A DNA stretch of 64,000 bases from Candidatus Eiseniibacteriota bacterium (GCA_031364845.1 JANLWX010000028.1:59652-123651), one strand, 5' to 3'. Shown: positions 29,479-40,980, counted from the first letter of the stretch. Notes: generated by a model not told the origin, from the letters alone. A program made the numbers and translations.

Positions 29479-30447
29479 ATGAACACGACCTCCGCATCAC
29501 CCGCCGAACTCATCGAGCGCACGCTGCGCGGCGACCGCGCTGCCCTCGCGCGCGCGATCTCGTGGGTCGAGAACGAACTGCCACGTTCCGGCGAAGTGCT
29601 CGATGCCTGTTTCGCCGCGAGCGGCCGCGCGCGGCGTATCGGCATCACCGGTCCGCCCGGCGCCGGCAAGAGCACGCTCGTCACGCGGCTCGCGCGCGCG
29701 TGGCGCTCACGCGAGGCCTCGGTCGCGATCGTGGCCGTCGATCCCACGAGCCCGTTCAGCGGCGGAGCATTGCTCGGCGATCGCGTGCGCATGGGCGAAC
29801 TCGCAGGCGACCCGGGTGTGTTCATCCGTTCGATGGCAACGCGCGGCAGCCTCGGCGGCCTCGCCGTCCACACCGCACAGGTGTGCGATGTGCTCGACGC
29901 GGCTGGATTTTCACGCATCCTGATCGAAACCGTCGGCGTGGGACAGAGCGAGCTGGAAGTTGCCCAGACCGCGGATACGACCGCCGTGGTGCTGGTTCCC
30001 GAGTCGGGCGATGGCGTGCAGGCGATGAAGGCCGGCCTCATGGAAATTGGCGATCTGTTCATCATCAACAAGGCCGATCGCGAGGGTGCGGAGCGCGGCG
30101 CCTATGCCGTGCGCTCGGCGCTCGAGTTGCGCACCGCGCGCACCGACTGGGAGCCGCCGGTGCTGCTGACGGTCGCCTCGCAGGGTGAGGGCGTTGCCGA
30201 GGCGCTCGATCAGATCGAAGCGCACCTGGCGCATCTCGAAGCGACCGGTGGACTCGAAGCACGCCGCCGCGATCGCGCGAGTCAGCGGTTGGAGGACGTG
30301 CTGAGAGCGCGGTTGTGGTGGGAGTTCCGCACACTGGTCGGGGACGGCGAGTGGAGCGAGTTCGTGGCGCGCCTCGCCGCGCGCGAGATCACCCCGCATG
30401 GCGCGGCGGAGGCGTTGATGAGACAGGCCATGCCCCCTTCCTCTTGA
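29479..30447 (+). CDS. meaB: Mutase-associated GTPase chaperone MeaB/ArgK
   Basis: GPPGAGKST, DPTSPFSGGALLGDRVRM, ETVGVGQSE, NKAD. Confidence 0.95.
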   Translation: MNTTSASPAELIERTLRGDRAALARAISWVENELPRSGEVLDACFAASGRARRIGITGPPGAGKSTLVTRLARAWRSREASVAIVAVDPTSPFSGGALLGDRVRMGELAGDPGVFIRSMATRGSLGGLAVHTAQVCDVLDAAGFSRILIETVGVGQSELEVAQTADTTAVVLVPESGDGVQAMKAGLMEIGDLFIINKADREGAERGAYAVRSALELRTARTDWEPPVLLTVASQGEGVAEALDQIEAHLAHLEATGGLEARRRDRASQRLEDVLRARLWWEFRTLVGDGEWSEFVARLAAREITPHGAAEALMRQAMPPSS

Positions 30448-30534
30448 CGCCTCGCGGAACGGGCGCGTAGCCTCGCAGAGCCTTTTCACCCCCGGATATC
30501 CTGCGATTCGACACCTGCCGAGGAGCTGGCACCC

Positions 30535-32361
30535 ATGGCGATTCGAGTTCCCAACAAGGCTCGCGCGGCCGCGCGGAAGCCGGGCACCGGACGGACCACC
30601 GGCTCTCGGAGTTCGGCCCCTGCCGCCCGCAAGACGCGCAATGGCAATGGCGCTGCGAACGGGAAGTCCGCCGCAGCCGCCAAGGGCGCCGCCCGTTCGG
30701 ACCGCACGAGATCGGAAGCGCAGACCTCGTGGGAGCAGAAGTTCACCGCCTCTCGCGAGCGCGCCGGCCTCTATCCGTTCACGATTTCGGGCATTCCGAT
30801 CAAGCCGCTCTATGGGCCCGAAGACATCGCGGACATGGATCTCGAGCGCGAGCTGGGCTACCCGGGCGAGTATCCGTACACGCGCGGCGTCCACGCTTCG
30901 ATGTATCGCGGGCGGATGTTCACGATGCGGCAGTTCGCCGGGTTCGGGCGCGCGCACGAGACCAACCAGCGCTTCCACTATCTGCTGTCGCACGGGCAGA
31001 CCGGGCTCTCGATCGCGTTCGACAACCCGACCATCATGGGTTACGACAGCGATCATCCGAAGGCGCACGGCGAGATTGGCAAGTGCGGGGTCGCGGTCGA
31101 CAGTCTGCGCGACATGGAGGTCCTGCTCGACGGCATCGATCCCGGTGCCATCTCCACGTCGATGACGATCAACGGTCCGGCCTCGATTCTCTATGCGTTC
31201 TATCTCGCGAACGCCGACAAGAAGGGCGTGCCGTTCAACAAGCTGCGGGGCACGCTGCAGAACGACATCCTGAAGGAGTACATCGCGCAGAAGTGCTGGT
31301 GCTTCCCGCCGCGACCGTCGCTGCGCATCATCGTCGACCTGATCGAATTCTCGATGAAGCACGTGCCGCAGTGGAACACGATCTCGGTTTCGGGTTATCA
31401 CATCCGCGAGGCGGGTTCGACGGCAGCACAGGAACTGGCGTTCACGCTCGCCGACGGCTTCACGTACGTCGAGGAATGCGTGAAGCGCGGGCTCGATGTC
31501 GATGCATTCGCGCCGCGGCTGAGCTTCTTCTGGAACAGCCATCTCGACTTCTTCGAAGAGATCGCGAAGCTGCGCGCGGCCCGGCGCATCTGGGCGCGGC
31601 ACATGCGCGAGCGTTATAAGGCCAAGCGCCCGGAGTCGTGGCTGATGCGCTTCCACACGCAGACCGCCGGGTGCTCGCTGTGGGACAAGCAGCCGGAGAA
31701 CAACGTGATGCGCACCGCATTCGAGGCACTCGCGGCGGTGCTCGGCGGCACGCAGTCGCTGCATACGAACTCGATGGACGAGACGATCGCTCTGCCGAGC
31801 GATCGCGCGGTCAAGATCGCGCTGCGCACGCAGCAGATCATCGCGCACGAGATCGGCGTCACCGAGACGATCGATCCGCTCGCGGGCTCCTACTATGTCG
31901 AGTCGCTCACCAACACGCTCGAGGAGCAGGCCGAGGAATACTTCCGCCAGATCCAGGCGATGGGCGGCGTGGTCGCGGGCATCGAGCAGGGGTTCTTCCA
32001 GCGCGAGATCGGCACCGCGGCCTATCAGTATCAGCGCGAGATGGAGCGGAAGCAGCGCGTGATCGTCGGCGTCAACGAGTACGTCGAGCCGTACGAGAAG
32101 CTCGACATCCCGATCCTCTACATCTCGGACGAGATCGAGCAGGAGCAGAAGCAGGCGCTCGCCGAGTTGCGCCGCACGCGGCATGACGCGGCGACGACTT
32201 CCTCGCTGCGGGCACTGACCGCAGCGGCCGCCACCGCGCCGGGCGAGCAGAACGTGATGGAGAAGATTCTCGACTGCGCGCGCTCCTACGCCACCGAAGG
32301 CGAGATCCGCGGCGCGATGCGCGAAGTGTACGGCGACTACGTGGAGAGCGCCGACTTCTAG
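30535..32361 (+). CDS. B12-dependent acyl-CoA mutase large (substrate-binding) subunit, isobutyryl-CoA mutase-type signature
   Basis: [47 protein letters not shown]; no B12-binding domain. Confidence 0.9.
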   Translation: MAIRVPNKARAAARKPGTGRTTGSRSSAPAARKTRNGNGAANGKSAAAAKGAARSDRTRSEAQTSWEQKFTASRERAGLYPFTISGIPIKPLYGPEDIADMDLERELGYPGEYPYTRGVHASMYRGRMFTMRQFAGFGRAHETNQRFHYLLSHGQTGLSIAFDNPTIMGYDSDHPKAHGEIGKCGVAVDSLRDMEVLLDGIDPGAISTSMTINGPASILYAFYLANADKKGVPFNKLRGTLQNDILKEYIAQKCWCFPPRPSLRIIVDLIEFSMKHVPQWNTISVSGYHIREAGSTAAQELAFTLADGFTYVEECVKRGLDVDAFAPRLSFFWNSHLDFFEEIAKLRAARRIWARHMRERYKAKRPESWLMRFHTQTAGCSLWDKQPENNVMRTAFEALAAVLGGTQSLHTNSMDETIALPSDRAVKIALRTQQIIAHEIGVTETIDPLAGSYYVESLTNTLEEQAEEYFRQIQAMGGVVAGIEQGFFQREIGTAAYQYQREMERKQRVIVGVNEYVEPYEKLDIPILYISDEIEQEQKQALAELRRTRHDAATTSSLRALTAAAATAPGEQNVMEKILDCARSYATEGEIRGAMREVYGDYVESADF

Positions 32362-32387
32362 AGCACTTCAAGCACGGAGGAGATCGC

Positions 32388-33053
32388 ATGTCGCCAGCGG
32401 AAACCACGATCGTCATGGTGGTCGGTGTCGGAGTGATCGCGCTGCTCATCAAATCGTTTTCGCGTGACGGGCATGCGACCTCGGCCGAAGTGGATCCGGT
32501 CGATGCGCTGCTGGCCGAGGCGTCGGGTGCCGATCCCCAAACCGTGGGCGAGGTCGTCGCCATCACGTCGGACGGTTGGGCGTTCGTGCCCGACGGGCAC
32601 GCCATTCAATTGATTCCGCCGGATTCGGGTGAGGACATGATCCCGGTGCGCTCCGAATACATGACAGGATCGTCATCGCAAACCGACCCGGAGATCCAGG
32701 TGATGGGTGGCCGCGGCGGTCCCGTGCATCCGCGCACGCATCACCCGACAGGCTCGTTCAAACCCGGCGAGCGCATCAACGTGGGCGACCTGATCGGCGC
32801 GCGGGTGAAGCGCGGAGCTCCGGACCTCGATCCGTGGCGGCTCGAAGCCGTCGGGCGCGATCAGGATTACCGCGCGTGGTTCTTCGAGACCGAGGAGGCC
32901 GCGCGCGCCGCACTCGCGCTGCTCGAGCGCCGGGTCGTTCGCCCGCTGAAGGACGAATACGGCGAGCCGATTCTGTTGACCTCCGCGGACTTCGACGCCG
33001 CGCGCGAACTCGACGAAGAGACCGAGCGCGCACTGGATGCAGGCGAGGAGTGA
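32388..33053 (+). CDS. Hypothetical protein with N-terminal membrane anchor
   Basis: GGAG RBS; hydrophobic N-terminus; codon usage like neighbours. Confidence 0.7.
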   Translation: MSPAETTIVMVVGVGVIALLIKSFSRDGHATSAEVDPVDALLAEASGADPQTVGEVVAITSDGWAFVPDGHAIQLIPPDSGEDMIPVRSEYMTGSSSQTDPEIQVMGGRGGPVHPRTHHPTGSFKPGERINVGDLIGARVKRGAPDLDPWRLEAVGRDQDYRAWFFETEEAARAALALLERRVVRPLKDEYGEPILLTSADFDAARELDEETERALDAGEE

Positions 33054-33176
33054 GGTCTATAGTCCGCCGGTCCGGTTTCGCGACACGATAAGGCGTTACC
33101 AAGACTCCAGCGGTCGGTGCGCGCCGGCGAGACATCCTGAAATTTCGACGTCCCGTCTTTCGCGGGAAGGAGCGAC

Positions 33177-34001
33177 ATGCAACGCAAGATTCGCGTGCTG
33201 GTGGGCAAGCCCGGCCTCGACGGCCACGATCGCGGCGCCAAGGTGGTCGCGGCGGCATTGCGCGACGCCGGCATGGAGGTGATCTACACCGGACTGCATC
33301 AGACGTCGGAGCAGATCGTGGAAGCGGCGCTGCAGGAGGATGTCGATGTGGTCGCCCTCTCGATCCTCTCCGGTGCCCACATGACGCAGTTTCCCGAAGT
33401 GCACGAGCTGCTGAAAGCGCGCGGGCTCGGCGACCGGCTTCTGACCGGCGGAGGCATTATCCCGCCCGAGGACATGGAGACGCTGGCCCAGCGGGGAGTG
33501 GGCCGGCTGTTCGGTCCCGGTGCCTCGACGCAGGACATCGTCGAATACATCCGCCACTGGTTCAGCGAGCGCTACGGCGCGGACGCACTGATGCCGTTGC
33601 CGCCACCGCGCGAGATCCGTCCCCCGGCGCCGTCCAAACCGGCGCCGGCGAAGCCGGTGCCGGAGCCTTTGACTGCGAAGCCGGCACGCGCGCAGAAACC
33701 TGTGCCGAAGCGGGCGACCGCAAGACCTGCACGCGCGAAGAAGGCCGCATCGAAGCGCGCGACTCCGAAGCCGGCTCGAGCGAAGAAGGCCGCGTCGAAG
33801 CGCGCAACTCCGAAGCCGGCACGCGCGAAGAAGGCCGCGCCGAAACGTGCGACTCCGAAGCGCGCACGTGCGAAGAATGCCGCGTCGAAGCGCGCCGCTC
33901 CGAAGCGCGCGGCCGCAAAGCGGGTGCCGGCCAGAAAGTCCGCGCCCAAGGGGAAATCCGCGAAGCGCGCCGCTTCGCGGCGCGTGACACGACGGCGTTG
34001 A
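33177..34001 (+). CDS. Acyl-CoA mutase small (cobalamin-binding) subunit fused to histone-H1-like basic tail
   Basis: GLDGHDRG (DxHxxG), SILSGAH, GGGII; AAGGAG RBS; K/R/A/P-rich C-terminal half. Confidence 0.92.
   Translation: MQRKIRVLVGKPGLDGHDRGAKVVAAALRDAGMEVIYTGLHQTSEQIVEAALQEDVDVVALSILSGAHMTQFPEVHELLKARGLGDRLLTGGGIIPPEDMETLAQRGVGRLFGPGASTQDIVEYIRHWFSERYGADALMPLPPPREIRPPAPSKPAPAKPVPEPLTAKPARAQKPVPKRATARPARAKKAASKRATPKPARAKKAASKRATPKPARAKKAAPKRATPKRARAKNAASKRAAPKRAAAKRVPARKSAPKGKSAKRAASRRVTRRR
33678..33992 (+). repeat. About 7 imperfect 45-bp (15-aa) tandem repeats, consensus [15 protein letters not shown]
   Basis: Directly readable in translation and DNA. Confidence 0.85.
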
Positions 34002-34603
34002 ATCCGTCCCGCCTGCTCGTCGCCCTCAACGGAAGTCCCCGGCGCGACAGCAGCATCGATCTGTTGCTCCAGGCCGTGTGCGCGGGCGCCGTCGCCGGTG
34101 GAGGCCGGGCACAGCACGTGTTGTGCGGAGACCTGAAGGCGATCCCCTGCCAGGCCTGCGGCCCCGAGCCCACGACCGGCTTCTGCATCTTTCACGACGA
34201 CATGGACCGGGTGTACGAGGCGCTGCGGGACGCGCATGCGGTGGTCGTCGGCTCGCCCGTCTACTTCGACACCGTGAGTGCCCAACTCAAAGTCGTGATG
34301 GATCGCTGCAATTGCATCACCATGCTGGTGCGCGCGCCCGAAGGCGGCGAAGTCCTCCGCCCGCAATGGGCGCGCACGCGGCGCGCGGCGTTCGTGACCG
34401 CGTGCAGTTCACAGCATCGTTACGACCTGGCCGAGCGCAGTGTGCGAGGATTCCTCAAGTGGATCGGCGCGAAATGGGAGGAAACACTCGCATGGCAGCA
34501 CGAGGACAACGAGGCCGGCAGTGTGCGCACTCGCCCGGAACTGCTCGAACGGGCACACGTGCTGGGACGGCGGCTGATCGAGAGCCCGCCGCTCGAGCCG
34601 TGA
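33998..34603 (+). CDS. Flavodoxin-fold NADPH-dependent FMN reductase / iron-sulfur flavoprotein family
   Basis: TTG start overlapping upstream stop; NGSPR, CQAC..C, GSPVYF, K..MDR. Confidence 0.85.
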   Translation: MNPSRLLVALNGSPRRDSSIDLLLQAVCAGAVAGGGRAQHVLCGDLKAIPCQACGPEPTTGFCIFHDDMDRVYEALRDAHAVVVGSPVYFDTVSAQLKVVMDRCNCITMLVRAPEGGEVLRPQWARTRRAAFVTACSSQHRYDLAERSVRGFLKWIGAKWEETLAWQHEDNEAGSVRTRPELLERAHVLGRRLIESPPLEP

Positions 34604-35310
34604 TGCGGACGTCGCGCTGGACCGCCGGGCTCGCCCGGTTACACGTCGTCGTGTTCATGCTCGCGTGTGCGGGATGCGCGCGCGCCGATGCACCCGCCGA
34701 CTCTCCGCCGCCCGGATCCCCGAACTTCGCCGTGATCGAAGCGATCGAAGGCGCGCCGCCTGACTCGCTCGGTGGCCGCGAGTTCTGGACCGCACTGCGA
34801 AGCACGTTCATCCGTTCGTCGTTCACCACGCAGCACGCCGCGGCCCGGGCCGGCGAATATGCGATCGGCGTTCCCATTTCCAACCGTTTCGTGCTGCTCG
34901 AGGGATCGGGTGCCGCGAAGAATCCCGACGCCTATCGCGTCCAGTTGACGCTCGAATGGCTGAAGCCGCCCGCGCCGCGCGCGGCACCACGCGGCAAGCG
35001 CAAGGCGACCGCCGCGGCGATCCCCGCAGTACCCGACACCTCCGCGCCGCGCGCGTTCGTCTCGGTCGTCGTGTGGCCGCCCGGAGTCGACCCGGCCATC
35101 GTGCGGATCGCAGCGGCGAGCGACACCGTCACCTTTCTCGCCCCGCGAGCGCCGGTGGCGGCGCACGGGGCATCGATCGGTCGTGCAGCGGCGCTGCTGG
35201 TGGTCGAACGTCTGCACCACCTGAGCGGCGACCTGCCCGAAGACGAGCGCTTGAAGGTCGATCAGGCCGACCGGCATCGCTTGGCGGACGAGGGTCCGGC
35301 CCGCCGGTAG
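34603..35310 (+). CDS. Hypothetical exported protein, possible lipoprotein
   Basis: ATG overlaps upstream TGA; signal-like N-terminus ending LACAGC. Confidence 0.55.
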   Translation: MRTSRWTAGLARLHVVVFMLACAGCARADAPADSPPPGSPNFAVIEAIEGAPPDSLGGREFWTALRSTFIRSSFTTQHAAARAGEYAIGVPISNRFVLLEGSGAAKNPDAYRVQLTLEWLKPPAPRAAPRGKRKATAAAIPAVPDTSAPRAFVSVVVWPPGVDPAIVRIAAASDTVTFLAPRAPVAAHGASIGRAAALLVVERLHHLSGDLPEDERLKVDQADRHRLADEGPARR

Positions 35311-35405
35311 ACACGAGGTCATGCTAACCTGATGGCCTGCGCCTGTCGGACGTGTGCCGATGCGGTTGAACGCCCGTAGCCGCTGTGACTCGCCGGGAGG
35401 ATGAA

Positions 35406-35822
35406 ATGCGTAGAGACCCGAAAGCCATCGTTCAGCCGCAAGATCCCATCGACCTCGATGGAGTTCGGAAACACTTCGACCGGCCCGAGGTTGCTGCTGT
35501 CTATGTGTTCGGGTCTGTGGCCGATGGCTCGCCCCATGCGTTGAGTGACATCGATCTCGCCTACCTCGGCGTCAGCTGCGAAGCAGAGGACCGTGCCTTC
35601 GATGAACTCTACGAGTCTCTTCAAGGACAGTTGGGGGAAGGGCGATTTGATCTGGTCCCGTTGCATCGGGCGCCGCTGCATCTCCAATATGCCGTCGCGA
35701 CCACAGGGGTGGCGCTTCATGTGAAGAACCCGAGCCTCGCCGAGGAGTTTGGGACCCGCGCGATCACCCGATTTCTGGACTTCAAGCCATGTCGCGACCA
35801 GTACTTCGGAACCGGGGGCTGA
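35406..35822 (+). CDS. Minimal nucleotidyltransferase antitoxin (MntA-like)
   Basis: YVFGS-x10-DID motif; GGAGG RBS; adjacent HEPN gene. Confidence 0.88.
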   Translation: MRRDPKAIVQPQDPIDLDGVRKHFDRPEVAAVYVFGSVADGSPHALSDIDLAYLGVSCEAEDRAFDELYESLQGQLGEGRFDLVPLHRAPLHLQYAVATTGVALHVKNPSLAEEFGTRAITRFLDFKPCRDQYFGTGG

Positions 35823-35824
35823 TC

Positions 35825-36247
35825 GTGGTGGCGGATCGCAGAAAAGTCGAAGACCGGATCGACCGCATCCGCCGGTTCAAGCGAGACCTCGAAGAATTTG
35901 GGCGAATTCCCCGCGAGGCTTTTCGAACAAACCGTGAACGACAATACGCCGTCCTCCACGCCATGCAGAATGCGATCGAAGGTTGTATCGAAATCGCCTC
36001 CCACATCATTGCTGCCGACCATCTCGGTGCGCCGACGGACTATGCCCACCTGTTCTCACTGCTCGAAGAGCATCGCGTCATCCCGTCCGCAACCGCGGAC
36101 GCGATGCGTCAGATGGCGAGGTTTCGCAATCGGATCGTCCACCTCTATTGGGATCTCGACCTCGATCTCATCTACGACTACCTGACCAGCCGACTGGGCG
36201 ACGTCGACGCCTACCTTCTGGCGATCGAGGAATATCTCGGCAGGTAG
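35825..36247 (+). CDS. HEPN/DUF86 ribonuclease toxin (HepT-like)
   Basis: FRNRIVHLY (R-x4-H-x-Y). Confidence 0.9.
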   Translation: MVADRRKVEDRIDRIRRFKRDLEEFGRIPREAFRTNRERQYAVLHAMQNAIEGCIEIASHIIAADHLGAPTDYAHLFSLLEEHRVIPSATADAMRQMARFRNRIVHLYWDLDLDLIYDYLTSRLGDVDAYLLAIEEYLGR

Positions 36248-36377
36248 GTCTTGCACTGCGATTTTCGGAAGTGCCCGGCGTGCGGTAGATTTCCCTCGCG
36301 TTTCGTTCACGTTCCCGTTGCTGCGGCGTTCGCAGCGCGCTCCCGGCTTCTGCGGCCGGATGATCCCCGACGAGCCC

Positions 36378-37535
36378 ATGGATTCGACCTCGCTGCTGAT
36401 GCTCAAAGAAGAACACCTGCAGGTGCGCGAGACCGCGCGCCGCTTCGCAGATGAGGTCGTGGCGCCCCGGGCGCGCGAGCTGGACGAGACCGAAACGTTC
36501 CCCGCCGACATCGTCCGCCAGATGGCCGATCTCGGATTCCTCGGCCTGCCGTATCCCGAGGAGTACGGCGGGGCGGGGCTCGACACGCTCGCGTACGTGA
36601 TCGCGGTCGAAGAGATCGCGCGCGCGTGCGGGTCGACGGCGATCACGCTGGCCGCACACGTTTCGCTCGGGTGCGGACCGGTCGCCGCGTTCGGCACCGA
36701 CGATCAGAAACGCCGGTTCCTGACACCGATGGCGAAGGGCGAAGTGCTCGGCGCGTTCGGGCTCACCGAACCCAACGCGGGTTCGGACGCGGCGGGCACC
36801 GAAACGCGCGCGACCAAGGCGGCGGGCGGCTGGAACGTGAGCGGCACCAAGATCTACATCACCAACGGAAGCGTGGCGAAGTACATCACGTTCACCGCGC
36901 GCACCGATTCGAGCATGGGATCGGACGGGATCTCGGCTTTCATCATGGACACCGCGACCCCGGGCTTCAAAGTCGGCAAAAAGGAGAAGAAGATGGGCCT
37001 GCGCGGCTCGGACACGGTCGAGGTCGTGTTCGAGGACTGCTTCGTGCCCGCGGAGAATCTGCTCGGCGATCCGTCGAGCGGCTTTCGCGCGTTCATGCGC
37101 ACGCTGTCGGGCGGGCGGATCTCGATCGGCGCGCTGGCGCTCGGGCTCGCGCAGGGCGCTTACGAGCACAGTCTCAAGCATGCGAAGACCCGCAAGCAGT
37201 TCGGTCAGCCGATCGCGAACTTCCAGGCGGTGCAGTTCATGCTCGCCGATATGGCGATGAAGATCGAAGCGTCGCGCCTGCTCGTGTACCAGGCGGCGCA
37301 ACTGCGCGACGGCGGCCACGACTACGTGAAGCAGGCGTCGATGGCGAAGCTGTTCGCGAGCGAGTCCGCGAACTGGGTCACCGACAAGGCGATCCAGATT
37401 CATGGCGGCATGGGCTACTGCCGCGACGTCCCGGTCGAGCGCATGCACCGCGACGCCAAGCTCATGGAGATCGGTGAAGGCACGAGCGAGATCCAGCGCC
37501 TCGTGATCGCGCGCGAAGTGCTGCGCGGCGCGTGA
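36378..37535 (+). CDS. Acyl-CoA dehydrogenase (short/branched-chain type)
   Basis: [35 protein letters not shown]; alternative start 36360. Confidence 0.93.
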   Translation: MDSTSLLMLKEEHLQVRETARRFADEVVAPRARELDETETFPADIVRQMADLGFLGLPYPEEYGGAGLDTLAYVIAVEEIARACGSTAITLAAHVSLGCGPVAAFGTDDQKRRFLTPMAKGEVLGAFGLTEPNAGSDAAGTETRATKAAGGWNVSGTKIYITNGSVAKYITFTARTDSSMGSDGISAFIMDTATPGFKVGKKEKKMGLRGSDTVEVVFEDCFVPAENLLGDPSSGFRAFMRTLSGGRISIGALALGLAQGAYEHSLKHAKTRKQFGQPIANFQAVQFMLADMAMKIEASRLLVYQAAQLRDGGHDYVKQASMAKLFASESANWVTDKAIQIHGGMGYCRDVPVERMHRDAKLMEIGEGTSEIQRLVIAREVLRGA

Positions 37536-37572
37536 GCCCGATCCGACCCGCGCCGGAACGGATGCCGCAGCG

Positions 37573-38763
37573 ATGACCGACGCGACGCGTCCGGCGATGC
37601 GCTGGGCCTCGGCCTCTTCAGAGCTCGCCGACGCCGGATTCGCGGCCGAAGAGGCCGCGACCGCGGTGCGCGCGGATCTCGGCGAGGGTCCGGTCGATCT
37701 CGTGATGGTGTTCTTCGGCGCTCCGCACGTGGCGCACGCCGCAGCGATCGTCGAGACGCTCAAACGCCTGCTCGCGCCCGGATGCCTGCTGGGCGCCAGC
37801 GCTCACGGCGTCGTGACCGCGGACCACGAGATCGAAGGCGGACTGTCGCTGAGCGTGGTCGCCGGACGGCTGCCGGGTGTCGAGTTGCATCCGTTCATCG
37901 TGGTGCGCGAAGCGTGGGGACACGCGGCCCAGGATGCGCTCGAATTCGCGCGCGCAGCACCGGGTGCGGCGGGCGCCGAACTGGTGATCCTGCTCGCCGA
38001 CCCCTTCTCGCTGCCGGTCGAGAACGTGCTGCAGGCGTTCAACCGATTCGCGCCGGACGTGCGTGTGGTCGGAGGCATGGCGAGCGCCGGCGTGCGGCCG
38101 CACTCGAACGCGCTGATCCTGAACGACTGGCTCGCCCAGGAGGGAGGCGTGGCACTCGCATTCAAGGGCGCGATTCGCGCGGATGTCATCGTGTCGCAGG
38201 GTTGCCATCCGGTCGGACCGCCGCTCGAGGTCACGCGCTGCGAGGGCAACGTGATCGTGGAGCTGGACGGCCAGCCCGCGCTCGAGCGCGCCGAGCAGGT
38301 GCTGATGGAACTCGGCGACGCCGAGCGGGAACAGTTGCGCAACGGGCTCTACGTCGGGCGGCCGCTGCGCCAGGGTCACGAAGGACAGGGCGACTACCTG
38401 ATCCGCAATCTGCTCGGCGCCGATCGCGATCGCGGAGTGTTCGCGATCGGCGATCACGCCGTGCGCCGCGAGCGCATCCGGCTCCACGTGCGCGATGCGG
38501 CTTCGGCGCGCGGCGACCTCGAGATGCTGCTGTCGCCGCAGATGTTCGACTCGCGCGCGCAGGCGGCACTGCTGTTCGCGTGCAACGGGCGCGGCCGCGG
38601 GCTTTACGGTGAAGCCGACGCCGACATCACGATGCTGCAGTCCTCCCTCGGCGGGGCGATTCCGGCTTCCGGCATGTTCTGCGCCGGCGAGGTCGGCCCG
38701 GTCGGCGGGCGAAACTACGTGCACGGACACACCGCGAGCATCGCGATTCTGAGACCGGCGTAG
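37573..38763 (+). CDS. FIST domain (NosP-like) protein
   Basis: VVGGMAS, VSQGC.PVG, ELDGQPA, F.CNGRG, GMFCAGEVGP, HGHT. Confidence 0.88.
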   Translation: MTDATRPAMRWASASSELADAGFAAEEAATAVRADLGEGPVDLVMVFFGAPHVAHAAAIVETLKRLLAPGCLLGASAHGVVTADHEIEGGLSLSVVAGRLPGVELHPFIVVREAWGHAAQDALEFARAAPGAAGAELVILLADPFSLPVENVLQAFNRFAPDVRVVGGMASAGVRPHSNALILNDWLAQEGGVALAFKGAIRADVIVSQGCHPVGPPLEVTRCEGNVIVELDGQPALERAEQVLMELGDAEREQLRNGLYVGRPLRQGHEGQGDYLIRNLLGADRDRGVFAIGDHAVRRERIRLHVRDAASARGDLEMLLSPQMFDSRAQAALLFACNGRGRGLYGEADADITMLQSSLGGAIPASGMFCAGEVGPVGGRNYVHGHTASIAILRPA

Positions 38764-38875
38764 CCTGTTGCGCGGGGAGCCGGCGAGGCGCCCGGCGTCA
38801 CGTTCTGCCCCGATGGCCAATCGTGTATGCTCGCTCCAATTCCCGACTTCAACCCCCCTTGCGGAGAGTCATCCC

Positions 38876-40066
38876 ATGGCCAGTCCCGACGTGTTCATCG
38901 TGGGTGCCGCGCGCACGCCGATCGGCAAGTTCCTCGGTGCGCTCAGCACGCTCAAGGCCTCCGACCTCGGCGCGATCGCCATCCGTGAGGCGATGTCCCG
39001 CGCGGGCGTGGCGGGGGACGAGGTCGACGAAGTCTTGATGGGCCACGTCGTGCAGGGCGGACAGGGCCAGGCGCCCGCGCGCCAGGCGCAGATCAAGGCC
39101 GGCATCGATCCGCGCGCGGGTGCGACCACGATCAACAAGGTGTGCGGCTCGGGGTTGAAGGCGGTGATGCTCGCGGCACAGGCGATCAAGGCGGGCGATG
39201 CCGACTGCATCGTCGCCGGGGGACAGGAGAGCATGAGCACCGCTCCCCACTACCTGTTCAGCGGCCGGACCGGCCAGAAGCTCGGCGACACCACACTGCG
39301 CGACGGAGCGGTGTTCGACGGACTGTGGTGCTCGTTCAACGACTGCCACATGATCGAGCTGGCGCAGTACACCGCCGAGAAGGCGAAGCTCACACGCGAG
39401 GAGATCGACCGGTTTTCGGCCGGCAGCCAGCAGAAGGCGGCGAAGGCGATCGCCGAGGGACTGTTCGACAAGGAGATGGCGCCGGTTTCGATTCCGCAGC
39501 GCAAGGGCGATCCGCTGGTGGTGAAAGTCGACGAGTCGGTGCGCGGCGATACGACGCTCGAAACACTCGCCAAACTGTCGCCGGTGACGAAGGACCGTTC
39601 TGGCATGATCACCGCCGGCAACGCGCCGGGCCTGAACGACGGCGGCGCGGCCCTCGTCGTGATGTCCGCGGCGCGCGTGCAGCAGAGCGGCGCCAAGCCG
39701 CTGGCGCGGATCGTCGCGTATGCGACCGGCGGCGGCGAGCCCAAGGACTTGTTCTTCGCGCCGATCGACGCGGTCGAGCGGCTGCTGAAGAAGATGGACG
39801 TCAAGATCGGGCACTTCGATCTGATCGAGGCCAACGAAGCGTTCGCCGCGCAGGCGGTGGCCGACGGCAAGGCGCTCGGCTGGGACTGGGATCGCGTGAA
39901 CGTGAACGGTGGCGCGGTGGCGCTCGGGCATCCGATCGGCGCTTCCGGTGCGCGCGTGCTGGTGACGCTGCTCCACGCGCTCGAAGCGCGCGGGAAGCGG
40001 ACCGGAATGGCGACGTTGTGCCTCGGCGGCGGCAACGCCGTGGCGCTCGCGGTGGAGCGGGTCTGA
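38876..40066 (+). CDS. Acetyl-CoA C-acetyltransferase (thiolase)
   Basis: [25 protein letters not shown]. Confidence 0.95.
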   Translation: MASPDVFIVGAARTPIGKFLGALSTLKASDLGAIAIREAMSRAGVAGDEVDEVLMGHVVQGGQGQAPARQAQIKAGIDPRAGATTINKVCGSGLKAVMLAAQAIKAGDADCIVAGGQESMSTAPHYLFSGRTGQKLGDTTLRDGAVFDGLWCSFNDCHMIELAQYTAEKAKLTREEIDRFSAGSQQKAAKAIAEGLFDKEMAPVSIPQRKGDPLVVKVDESVRGDTTLETLAKLSPVTKDRSGMITAGNAPGLNDGGAALVVMSAARVQQSGAKPLARIVAYATGGGEPKDLFFAPIDAVERLLKKMDVKIGHFDLIEANEAFAAQAVADGKALGWDWDRVNVNGGAVALGHPIGASGARVLVTLLHALEARGKRTGMATLCLGGGNAVALAVERV

Positions 40067-40980
40067 TGGCGACCGGCGAGACGACGACCGCCCCGGCCGT
40101 GGCGACCGGTCCCTCGGCTGCGATCCGCAAGGTCGCCGTGATCGGCGGCGGAACGATGGGCAACGGGATCGCGCAGGTGTTCGCGACGTCGGGATTCGAG
40201 GTCGCGCTGATCGATGCGGTTCCCGAGGCGGTCGAGCGCGCACTCGGCGTGATCGCGAAGAACCTCGACCGCGTTGCGAAGAAGCAGAGCTGGCCCGCCG
40301 AACAGATGCCCGCGATTCAGGCGCGCATCAAAGGCTGCGTGCGCATGGACGCGGCGGCGGATGCGGAGATCGTGGTCGAAGCGGTGAGCGAGGACATGGC
40401 GCTCAAGCAGCGCATCTTCGAGCAGCTCGATGCGCTGGCGCCTGCGTCGGCGATCCTCGCGAGCAATACGTCGAGCATCTCGATCACCGAGATCGCCGCC
40501 ATGACGCGGCGTCCGGGTCAGGTGATCGGCATGCACTTCATGAATCCGGTGCCGGTGATGCCGCTGGTCGAGATCATCCGCGGCCTCGCCACCTCCGACG
40601 CGACGTTCGCCGTCACCGAGGACCTCTCGAAGCGCCTCGGCAAGACGCCGGTCGAAGTCCACGATTACCCGGGCTTCGTCTCGAACCGCATCCTGATGCC
40701 GATGATCAACGAGGCGGTGTACTGCCTCATGGAAGGCGTCGCCACGCGCGAGGCGATCGATACCGTGATGAAGCTCGGCATGAATCATCCGATGGGACCG
40801 CTCGCACTCGCCGACCTGATCGGGCTCGACACATGTCTGTCGATCATGGAAGTGCTTCACGATGGCCTCGGCGATTCGAAATACCGCCCGTGTCCGCTGC
40901 TGCGCAAAATGGTTCGCGCGGGCTACCTGGGCCGCAAGAGCGGCCGCGGGTTCTACGAGTACCCGGCGCCCGGCGCATGA
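40066..40980 (+). CDS. hbd: 3-hydroxybutyryl-CoA dehydrogenase
   Basis: [33 protein letters not shown]. Confidence 0.92.
   Translation: MATGETTTAPAVATGPSAAIRKVAVIGGGTMGNGIAQVFATSGFEVALIDAVPEAVERALGVIAKNLDRVAKKQSWPAEQMPAIQARIKGCVRMDAAADAEIVVEAVSEDMALKQRIFEQLDALAPASAILASNTSSISITEIAAMTRRPGQVIGMHFMNPVPVMPLVEIIRGLATSDATFAVTEDLSKRLGKTPVEVHDYPGFVSNRILMPMINEAVYCLMEGVATREAIDTVMKLGMNHPMGPLALADLIGLDTCLSIMEVLHDGLGDSKYRPCPLLRKMVRAGYLGRKSGRGFYEYPAPGA

Noticed and set aside
33054..33176. Possible cobalamin riboswitch upstream of the B12-binding subunit (also 30448-30534)
   Set aside because: Regions are short and lack the ordered conserved riboswitch elements; an Infernal search would be decisive
33678..33992. 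Tandem repeats as a CRISPR array
   Set aside because: Contiguous in-frame coding repeats with no spacers and no cas genes
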